Source: Candidatus Xenobia bacterium (GTDB lineage: Bacteria; Vulcanimicrobiota; Xenobia; Xenobiales; QWHO01). Taken from it: a stretch of DNA of 64,000 nucleotides. Under the pieces are notes generated by a model, which was not told the origin of the DNA, did not search any database, and saw only the letters and a program-made list of their open reading frames with translations. Each line of letters starts with the position of its first letter. Within the stretch, counting starts at the first letter, position 1. Shown one piece after another: positions 45,025 to 52,889 of this stretch. A program made the translations under genes and the position numbers. The stretch lies in assembly GCA_045863235.1 (NCBI GenBank), contig BTUM01000004.1:1-64000 (forward strand). The letters are read 5' to 3'.

Positions 45025-46554
45025 TCAGGGCAACTCGCCCAGCCCGAGGAGCCCGAACACCTGATCAAAGTAGAGCAGGTAGTGTTTGGGCATCTCGTTT
45101 CCCACATTGACGATCTGCCCATTGACATCGACGGCGTATCCATGGACCTTCTCGGTCAGAAAGATGGTCTTCTCGCCCTGAGTGGTCGCCATGCTCGCCG
45201 TGATGGTGTTCTGAAGAACGGAGGCATCGTTGCGGATCAGATAAGAAGGGAAAGGCAGCGACTGCACACTGCTACTCGCTCCTGTGTCCAGCAGCGAATT
45301 CCACAAAGCCGGGGCCGGTCCGCCTGAGAACTGATAGGTAATGGGCACGGCGGCGTCATCCCAGAACAGGGTGGAGGCAGGCGGCGTGCCGCCGGTCAGG
45401 CCCGAATCATCGCTCTGGGTCGGGGGCAGTTGCACAGTAGCAAAGTCTGTCGGATTAAAGGAGCCAAAGCGGATCTCGTGCCCGGGGCGATTCAGGACGA
45501 AGCCCTGGTTGTAGGGCTCGGGGAAGAAGATGCGGGGGGTTACCGAGCTATTCAAGCGCAAACCAAAAATCGCGTTGTTGCGGCCTCCCCCGCTCACGAC
45601 ATCGTCCTCCACGACCAGGATGGGGATCATCGCCACAGTGGAGAGCACGGTGTCTTCGCTGTTGAGCAGCTCGACCCGGGCGTAGCCCAGCTTTCCGGGA
45701 CGCGGATTGGTACCGTGGGCATAGGTGATGGTTACATTCGTATCGGTCATGGTCACATCCGGGCCGATGTGGCTCTGACCCACCACCAGGGCTCCAGAGC
45801 CCGTGTCCAACTCGGTGAAGACGCGTTTACCGCCCCCGACGCGAATGTGGATCCCGGTTTTGTGGCCATAGTCCAGAGTGGGGACGGACACGAAGCCCTG
45901 ACCGATGGTGAGAACCGCCTGAGCTTCCAGTGCGCCAAAGCGAGCCAGGATCAGGGCGCTCCCGGCAGCCAGTGCCTGGGCCTCGCCCAGTTCATTGACC
46001 CTGGCCACGTTCGGCTCGCTGGACTCCCAATCCACCCCATGGCTGACGTCCACCTCGTCGCCCCCTGGCAGAGTGGCCCGTGCTTTGAAGGTGGTCCTGC
46101 CTCCCACCTCGGCCTGGGAAATCGGGGGTGTGACACTAAGGGACTCAGGTTTCTGAAGGTGGGAAAAAGTCACCCTGGACGTGCTCCCACGGGTGACGGT
46201 CACCCGCTGATGGCCCGCTCCCACGGCCTTGCCGGAGCGGTCTTTGAACACCAACACCACGTGGTAGTCGGCCGACTCGTCGACCAGGAGATCGACCTGT
46301 TGAACGGAGCTGGCATTGCTCAGAGTGAGCTTGCGCTGGACCAGCGCGCCGTCTTCCCTGCGCAGCGCCACATCGAACTGGGCCACCTGGCGGCCAAGAT
46401 CCACCTTGACAATGGTGAGCGAGACCAGCGCCGGCGGTGCAGCTGTCAAATTGGCGGGATCGGCGGGGAGGTCGCCCCCGCAGGCAACCACCAGTACGAT
46501 GAGAGCAATCAACAGGCTTCGCACTTCAAACCTCGCATCAGGCAGCCCGTTCAC
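45025..46554 (-). CDS. Lipoprotein with Big_2 Ig-like domain and two-lobed aspartic-peptidase-like domain
   Basis: Lipobox VVAC; WESSEPNVA; ELDTGS and LLDTGAS. Confidence 0.7.
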   Translation of the reverse strand: MNGLPDARFEVRSLLIALIVLVVACGGDLPADPANLTAAPPALVSLTIVKVDLGRQVAQFDVALRREDGALVQRKLTLSNASSVQQVDLLVDESADYHVVLVFKDRSGKAVGAGHQRVTVTRGSTSRVTFSHLQKPESLSVTPPISQAEVGGRTTFKARATLPGGDEVDVSHGVDWESSEPNVARVNELGEAQALAAGSALILARFGALEAQAVLTIGQGFVSVPTLDYGHKTGIHIRVGGGKRVFTELDTGSGALVVGQSHIGPDVTMTDTNVTITYAHGTNPRPGKLGYARVELLNSEDTVLSTVAMIPILVVEDDVVSGGGRNNAIFGLRLNSSVTPRIFFPEPYNQGFVLNRPGHEIRFGSFNPTDFATVQLPPTQSDDSGLTGGTPPASTLFWDDAAVPITYQFSGGPAPALWNSLLDTGASSSVQSLPFPSYLIRNDASVLQNTITASMATTQGEKTIFLTEKVHGYAVDVNGQIVNVGNEMPKHYLLYFDQVFGLLGLGELP

Positions 46555-46621
46555 GGGCCTCGGGCTCTCGGCCTGTTTGGCTGATCCGCAGCGCGGCCGG
46601 CCAGCACCCAGGCCCCACCCT

Positions 46622-47191
46622 CTAAGGCCGAGCCAGAGCCAGCTCCGGATACAGGTTGCGATACTGCTCCCGGTGCACCAGAACCGAACTCACGAAGGCA
46701 CGGGTCTCGGGGTAGCCGATCTCATCCAGGCTCAAACGTCCGTCTGGGCCGCGCCAGCGCTCGACGTTGGACGGGCCTCCGTTGTAAGCCGCCAGGGAGC
46801 TAACCAGGTCGCCCTCGTAGCGGTCGAGCAGGGTGCGCAGGTAGCTCGTACCCAGGCGCAGGTTCAGGTCGGGGGTAGCCAGGTTGAGGGGTCCGTTCAG
46901 GCCCTGGCGGCGGGCCATCTCGTCGGCCGTGCCGGGCATCAGCTGCATCAACCCTACAGCTCCCACGGGGCTTACGGCCCGGGGCGAGAAGCGACTTTCC
47001 TGATACACGACGGCCGCCACCAGGTAGGGGTCGAGCTGGTTGGAACGGGCCTGGCGTATCAGCTCGCTGCGGTAGGCCAGGGGATAGAGACAACGCTGAA
47101 ACGAGGGGAACAGGGTGAGCAGGGGGAGCACACACAGGCCGAGCCAGAATCCGTGTCGTCTGTTGAGCAACCGCAAAAGCCGCCTTTTCAA
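46622..47191 (-). CDS. Lytic transglycosylase (SLT domain)
   Basis: QESRF, GAVGLMQLMP, AAYNGG, YPETRAFV; TTG start overlaps the coaE stop. Confidence 0.92.
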   Translation of the reverse strand: MKRRLLRLLNRRHGFWLGLCVLPLLTLFPSFQRCLYPLAYRSELIRQARSNQLDPYLVAAVVYQESRFSPRAVSPVGAVGLMQLMPGTADEMARRQGLNGPLNLATPDLNLRLGTSYLRTLLDRYEGDLVSSLAAYNGGPSNVERWRGPDGRLSLDEIGYPETRAFVSSVLVHREQYRNLYPELALARP

Positions 47192-47778
47192 GCCTCCACC
47201 CGCTGCAGCCACGTGGACTCGATCTGGCGCACCGTCTCCTCCGGCGAGCCGGAATTATCGATCACCACGTCGGCTCGCTGGAGCCGCTCGCCGGCGGACA
47301 TCTGGGCGCTTCGCCGGGCCTCGGCCTGTTGAGCTGAGAGACCGTCACGTCGCATGAGACGCTCGAGTTGCACCTCAGGACGAACGTGAACTACCCAGAC
47401 CTGATCGACATACCGTTCGCCCCCATGCTCGAGGAGGAGGGGCGCTACCAGGACCACAACGGGATGGGTACGTGAATGTTCTCCAAGCTGGTGATGAATT
47501 TCCTTCCAAATCGCAGGATGGGTAATCTGGTTCAGGCGCTCCAAGGCCTGCGGATCACCGAAAACCCTGCCAGCCAGGCCCTTGCGATCGAGCTGGCCGT
47601 CGCTTTGCAGGATGTCGGGCCCGAAAGCTTCAACCAGTTGACCCAGCACCGGACTGCCAGGCCCGGTCACCTCGCGGCTGACCTGATCGGCATCGACCAG
47701 GGCCGCGCCACGACGAGACAACTCATCGGCCACCAGGCTCTTGCCGCTGGCAATCCCCCCGGTCAGCCCGATGATCAC
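47188..47778 (-). CDS. coaE: Dephospho-CoA kinase
   Basis: IGLTGGIASGKS, DAD, LDRKGL, ITHP. Confidence 0.96.
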   Translation of the reverse strand: MIIGLTGGIASGKSLVADELSRRGAALVDADQVSREVTGPGSPVLGQLVEAFGPDILQSDGQLDRKGLAGRVFGDPQALERLNQITHPAIWKEIHHQLGEHSRTHPVVVLVAPLLLEHGGERYVDQVWVVHVRPEVQLERLMRRDGLSAQQAEARRSAQMSAGERLQRADVVIDNSGSPEETVRQIESTWLQRVEA

Positions 47779-47783
47779 CTGCG

Positions 47784-49283
47784 TCAGGCGTTCTCTTCGG
47801 CGGGTGCTTCCGACGAGGGTTCCTCGGCCGGGGCCGCGGACGCAACTTCGGGCTCCATCGCTTCAGCTTGGGGTTGGACGGTTGTCTCGACGAGCGGAAC
47901 CTCGACCACCTCAGCCACCGGAGCCGGAGCAGGCTCGGGGGCCGACTCCGACCTGGGGGCAGGTTTGGGCTTCTCCTCCTGGGCCGCGCTCTGGCCCAGC
48001 AGCTGGGCCTTCAAGGCATCCGGCAAACGATCGCCCAGAGTGAACCCGGTCGAGGAGTCTCCACCCCGATCCCGGTACTCGGCTGGCATGGCCATGCCCG
48101 GGTTCGCCTGACGCAGGGAGAGCGTGATCCGACGCGTGTCGGGGTTCACGTCCAGCACCTTCACCTTGACCTCTTGCTCGGGTTTGAGAATGTCCTGGGG
48201 CTTTCCCACCCGGAAGTCGGCCAGCTCATTGATCGGGATCAAACCCTCCACACCATCGGCAATCTCGACAAACACATAGTTCTTGACCAGCTTGCTGACC
48301 TTGCCGGGTACGATACTGCCCTCTTTGAAATTCTCTGTGATGGTCATCCACGGGTCCGGACGAGCCTGCTTGAGCGACAGCGAGATGCGCTCCTTGGACT
48401 TATTGATGCTGAGGATGCGCACATCCACCTTCTCGCCCACCCGCACCACCTCGCTGGGGTGCTTGATGCGCTTCCAGGCCAGCTCGGAAATGTGCACCAG
48501 GCCGTCCACGCCGCCCAGGTTGATGAAAGCGCCGAAGTTGGTCAGTCGAGCCACGGTTCCACTGACGATCTGGCCCTCGTCCAGGTCGCCCATGGTGCGC
48601 TCCTTCATCTTGGAGCGCTCCTCCATCAAGGCGTTCTTGCGAGAGAGCACCACCTTGCGGCGAGCCTTGTCCACCTCGACCACCTTCAGCTCGAGCACCT
48701 CACCGACGTAGTCGGACAGGTCGTGCACCGGGCGCAGGTCGACGTGGGAGGCGGGCACGAAGCCGCGCAGCCCCAGATCGACGATCAGTCCGCCTTTGAC
48801 CTGCTCGGTGCAAGTGGCCGTGAGCGTCTGGCCCGTTTCCTGGGCCTTGAGCACGCGCAGCCAGGCTGACTCGAGGTCGGCCCGCTTCTTACTCAGGATC
48901 AGGACGCCCTCGGAGTCTTCCACACGCTGGACCACCACGTCGATGGTCTCGCCCACTTTGACGACTTCCTCGGGCGGCAGGTTGCGATGGCTCAGCTGGC
49001 CAACCGGGATCTTGCCCTCGGTCTTGTAGCCCACGTCGACCAGGACGCCGTCTGCGTCGACCCTCACCACCACGCCCGACAGGAACTCTCCAGGCGCGAT
49101 CTTCTTGAACGAATCCTCATAGGCCATGGCCGAGGCCATATCGGCGCCCGGAGTGGTGCCCTCCTGGGGGGCCGGAGTCGCTGCCTCGGCGGCTTCCTCG
49201 GTGGCGGCCGGAGTTTCGGCGGCCTGCGCGACGGCTTCGGCCTCGGGCTGCTGCTCGGTGGATTCGGTCTGGGTGTTGGTCAT
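47784..49283 (-). CDS. rpsA: 30S ribosomal protein S1 (four S1 domains, acidic termini)
   Basis: VDVGYKTEG, GLRGFVPAS, FGAFINLGGVDGLVHISE; AAAGGAG RBS. Confidence 0.96.
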   Translation of the reverse strand: MTNTQTESTEQQPEAEAVAQAAETPAATEEAAEAATPAPQEGTTPGADMASAMAYEDSFKKIAPGEFLSGVVVRVDADGVLVDVGYKTEGKIPVGQLSHRNLPPEEVVKVGETIDVVVQRVEDSEGVLILSKKRADLESAWLRVLKAQETGQTLTATCTEQVKGGLIVDLGLRGFVPASHVDLRPVHDLSDYVGEVLELKVVEVDKARRKVVLSRKNALMEERSKMKERTMGDLDEGQIVSGTVARLTNFGAFINLGGVDGLVHISELAWKRIKHPSEVVRVGEKVDVRILSINKSKERISLSLKQARPDPWMTITENFKEGSIVPGKVSKLVKNYVFVEIADGVEGLIPINELADFRVGKPQDILKPEQEVKVKVLDVNPDTRRITLSLRQANPGMAMPAEYRDRGGDSSTGFTLGDRLPDALKAQLLGQSAAQEEKPKPAPRSESAPEPAPAPVAEVVEVPLVETTVQPQAEAMEPEVASAAPAEEPSSEAPAEENA

Positions 49284-49525
49284 GGCGCTGGTTGCTCCTT
49301 TCGATGTGGCTCTGCTACGACAGAGCCGGTCAGTTGTTACTGTGGTCGGCGGTGGGATTGCTGCGAAGCGTGCAGCGCTCGCCCGGGAAGTTCCCCTCGA
49401 AGAGAAAATTCGCCCCGCTTCTCGTTTTCCTGTCTAACGCGACGAAAAAATCGCGTTGGGACAAATATTCAAGCCAATTTTGCCGCTCCATTGTGCGCGA
49501 ACGACCAACCGATCTCCTGCTAGGA

Positions 49526-49700
49526 GCGCAGCCGGAAACCCCCTTGACACGGTTTTCCGGCTGCGCGACGCCCAACATGTTGTGCTAGAAGTTCGGCGCC
49601 TACAACATCTTGTGGTGGCGGAGGTTCCCTCCGACACCACAGGGGGTTTGCGGCCGGACTTCTAGCGGCGCAAACCCTTTGACAAAGTTTACCGGCCGCG
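49526..49700. other. Multi-hairpin structured intergenic element (ncRNA or rpsA leader candidate)
   Basis: Several nested or alternative inverted repeats (see findings). Confidence 0.45.
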
Positions 49701-49711
49701 GCGACGCCCGA

Positions 49712-49751
49712 AAGCGAAGAAGTCGGGCCTCCCGTTCAGGAGCGCCCGACT
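49712..49751 (-). terminator. Probable terminator after polA-like gene
   Basis: Minus strand GAAGTCGGGC...GCCCGACTTC followed by TTCGCTTT. Confidence 0.6.
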
Positions 49752-49774
49752 TCCCAGCCGTCTCCAGAAAGAGG

Positions 49775-52579
49775 CTACCGACGTGCCACGGGCTCGGCCT
49801 CGATACGGCGCGGCTGAGCCCAATTGGGACCGTGCAGCACCTCGACGGCCACCGGCACATCCAGTTGCCGCACGCTCTCCATGATGCGGGCCACTTCGCG
49901 AGCCAGCGACTCCTTCTGCTTCGGCTCGATCTCGAAGATCAGCTCGTCGCGCAGTTGCATCGCCAACATTCCGGGCAGGCTACCCTCACGCTGACGATGG
50001 ACGATCTGCACCATGGCCGTCTTGAGCAGGTCGGCGGCCGAGGCCTGCACGGCTGCGCCTCGAGCAGTGCGCTCAGCTGTGTCTCGAATGTCGGAGTTGC
50101 GGCTGGTCAGTTCGGGCATCGGACGGCGTCGACTCTGCAAGCTGGTTACCCAGCCCCGAGTGCGAGCCTCCTCCAACTGCTGGTCCAGGAACCGCTTGAG
50201 CTGAGGATACTTCTCGGCGAAGCGTCCCTGAAACTGCTCCAGACGACTGGAGGCGTCCGCGGCGGTAATGCCCTGGCGCCGGGCCAGGCGGTGCACGCCG
50301 GCCAGGCTCAGGGCCACTTCGCGGGCGTCCTTCAGCACGTCCTCGTCCACCTCTGCGGGAGCCACTTCCAGGAGCTCGGAAGCCAGCTTGCGCGCGGCAT
50401 CCTCGGAACGGGTGAAGCTCTTGAGCAGACCGCTCTCCTTGGAAAGGTGGGCAGCCAGGCGCAGGTCAAGTTGGGCGTAGCGCACGCCCAGCAGAATGCG
50501 CTTGCGGTCACGCGGGATCAGCGCGCCCTTGAAGTGGGTGCGCAGCTCGTCTCGAATGCTCAGGTTGGGCAACTCTTCCACTTCAGCCAGAAGCCGGTTG
50601 AAGGTGGCGACCGCTCCCCCTACCAGGCTCGGGCCCATCCACTGGATACGCTCGGAGGAGGTGACCAGGTGGTCAGCCGAGCGCAACAGCCAGCCGTGGC
50701 GCGGGTGCACCAGCCGGGGCAGGGCTTCGAGATAATAGGCGCGCAGCTCCTTGAGCGCCCGCCAATCGCGAACCAGGTTGCCAATCTCGTGCTGCTCGGA
50801 CACCTGAACCAGCAGCTCAGGGCCGACGGTGGCGCCGTTCTTGGGCCGGTTCAGGACCTGCAGGCCCATCCGATCGAAGAGCACCTCGGTGAGGTCCTTG
50901 GGTGACTCGAGGTCGAACTTCTCGCCTGCGTAGGCGAAGATCTGGCTCTCCAGATCGCGGGTCAAGCGATCGATGTGATCGGAGAAGTCGTCCAGACGGC
51001 CCGCGTCCAGCCCGACTCCGTTCTTCTCCATCGAAGCGGCCACCCAGACCATCGGCATCTCGATCTCTTCGAACGACTCGAGCAGATCGCTCTCGGCCAG
51101 CCGGTCCTCGAGAATTCGGGCCAAGCGGCCCAGACCAAGCACACGGAGACCGGCCCAGGGGGTCAGCTCGTCGGCTGGCACCTCGGACAGGCGGCGGGCG
51201 CCAGGGCCCCGGCCGAGCAACTCGGACTCGCTGGGGATGTCCACCCCGTAGCGGCGTCCAATCTCGTCGAGCCAGAAGTTGCCTTCCACCGAATCGAGCT
51301 GGTGGGCGGCCACGGCTACGTCGAAGAAGCTGGACTGAGGCCAGTCGCCCTCCACTCCGTCGAGCAGCAGGGCCCCACGCAGGTTGTGGACGTACTTGCG
51401 ACGATCCTCGCGCTCCAAGGCGGGACGCAGGAGCTCGATAGCCGCAGCGGGCTTCATATCCGTCTTGCGGGTGCCCAGCGGGACCACCAGAGCTTGCTGC
51501 TCGTTGGCGGACACAGCCAACCCGACCAGGTCGCTGCCGCTTCCCAGCCACAGGATGGACAGCGGTCCGTCGCCTTGAGCGATGCGACCGAGCGACTCCT
51601 TGGCCTCTGCGCCCTTGGCAAAGCGGATCTCGACCGGTAGAACTTCAGCGTGGGAGCCATTCCCGTTGCCATTGCCGTTGCTATTGCCGTTGCCATTGGC
51701 CGCACCCGACTCGAGCGATTCGAGCAGCTCCTCCACCTCCAGGCGACGGAAGACGTCCTTGACGCGAGCCGGGAAGTGCAGCTTGTAGCTGAACTTCTCC
51801 CAGCAGACATCCAGCTCGAGATCGGTGCGGATGGTTGCCCGAGTCTTGAAATCGAGCGCCAGATCACGGTTCTCCGAGAGCGGGTTGCGCCACTTGGCAG
51901 GCAGCAGCTGGAGCGAGTTGAGCAGATCCTCCAGGCTGCCGTGCTGAGAGAGAAGCTTCTTGGCGGTCACCTCGCCGATACCAGGAACGCCGGTGATGTT
52001 GTCCGAGGAGTCGCCGGCCAGAGCACGCAGGTCGGCCAACTGGGCCGGGCTCAGGTTGAAGCGCTTGCGCACGAGATCATCATCGTAGACCAGCATGTCC
52101 GAGATACCGCGCCGGGTCGTGAGCACGCGCACGTTGGGGCGAACCAGTTGCAACAGGTCGAGATCACCCGAGATGATCATCACCTGCATCCCCTCTTCCG
52201 CGGCCATGCGCGAGAGGGTCCCGATGCAGTCGTCGGCCTCGTGGCCGCGGACCCGGTAGACCTGCACCCCGAAGGCGCGGATCAGATCTTCGATGAGAGG
52301 GAGCTGATGTGCCAGCTCTTCAGGCATCTCCATCCGCTGCGCATTGTAGTCTTGATAGCTGCGCACCCGCTCGGTGGGCACGCCTTTGTCGAAAGCCACC
52401 GCGACGTGCGTGGGCTTTTGCATCTGCACCAGCTTGATGAACATGTCGGCGAAACCGACCACGGCGTTCGTGGGGGTGCCAGAAGTGGTCTTGGTCGGAG
52501 GAACCGCGTAGAAAGCGCGATAGGCCAGACCGTTGCCATCAATGAGAAGCAGTTTCCTGCTGTCGGACTCCATATGCAT
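49775..52579 (-). CDS. polA: DNA polymerase I-like protein with conserved 5'-3' nuclease carboxylates and degenerate polymerase motifs
   Basis: LIDGNGLAYRAFYA, EADD, SGDLDLLQ, GDSSDN; polymerase domain reads RYAQLDLR and QLRDEL. Confidence 0.88.
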   Translation of the reverse strand: MHMESDSRKLLLIDGNGLAYRAFYAVPPTKTTSGTPTNAVVGFADMFIKLVQMQKPTHVAVAFDKGVPTERVRSYQDYNAQRMEMPEELAHQLPLIEDLIRAFGVQVYRVRGHEADDCIGTLSRMAAEEGMQVMIISGDLDLLQLVRPNVRVLTTRRGISDMLVYDDDLVRKRFNLSPAQLADLRALAGDSSDNITGVPGIGEVTAKKLLSQHGSLEDLLNSLQLLPAKWRNPLSENRDLALDFKTRATIRTDLELDVCWEKFSYKLHFPARVKDVFRRLEVEELLESLESGAANGNGNSNGNGNGNGSHAEVLPVEIRFAKGAEAKESLGRIAQGDGPLSILWLGSGSDLVGLAVSANEQQALVVPLGTRKTDMKPAAAIELLRPALEREDRRKYVHNLRGALLLDGVEGDWPQSSFFDVAVAAHQLDSVEGNFWLDEIGRRYGVDIPSESELLGRGPGARRLSEVPADELTPWAGLRVLGLGRLARILEDRLAESDLLESFEEIEMPMVWVAASMEKNGVGLDAGRLDDFSDHIDRLTRDLESQIFAYAGEKFDLESPKDLTEVLFDRMGLQVLNRPKNGATVGPELLVQVSEQHEIGNLVRDWRALKELRAYYLEALPRLVHPRHGWLLRSADHLVTSSERIQWMGPSLVGGAVATFNRLLAEVEELPNLSIRDELRTHFKGALIPRDRKRILLGVRYAQLDLRLAAHLSKESGLLKSFTRSEDAARKLASELLEVAPAEVDEDVLKDAREVALSLAGVHRLARRQGITAADASSRLEQFQGRFAEKYPQLKRFLDQQLEEARTRGWVTSLQSRRRPMPELTSRNSDIRDTAERTARGAAVQASAADLLKTAMVQIVHRQREGSLPGMLAMQLRDELIFEIEPKQKESLAREVARIMESVRQLDVPVAVEVLHGPNWAQPRRIEAEPVARR

Positions 52580-52728
52580 TTGATTCTCCCATAGCTCACC
52601 CGCGTGTTCTGACGCTTCTCGATTACAGAGCGTCAGACTCCGGCGGGACGGCAAAGGCCCGCGGTGAGACCCCCCACACACGGGCCAGGGCGCAATCTCA
52701 ATAAATTGCGTGCCGGGCGATATTTGCG

Positions 52729-52757
52729 ATTGTAGATTCTGACCTGGACCCGGACAA
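52729..52757 (-). promoter_or_regulatory. Sigma70 promoter of polA-like gene
   Basis: Minus strand TTGTCC-N17-TACAAT; palindrome CGCAAT-N8-ATTGCG downstream at 52691-52710. Confidence 0.6.
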
Positions 52758-52889
52758 GGGGCCCCCGTCAGGGGCGCCTATGTTCTGCGACCGAGGGGGT
52801 AATCCCTTCCCCCCGGGAGAAACTCGCCTGCACCAGCGGGGGCTTGGCGTTCAGGCCTCAACCGCCCAAAAAGGTGTTCGTAGCGCCCC

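Noticed and set aside
49284..49774. Replication origin or tRNA in the long spacer
   Set aside because: I found no TTATCCACA-type DnaA box cluster and no cloverleaf or T-loop signature.
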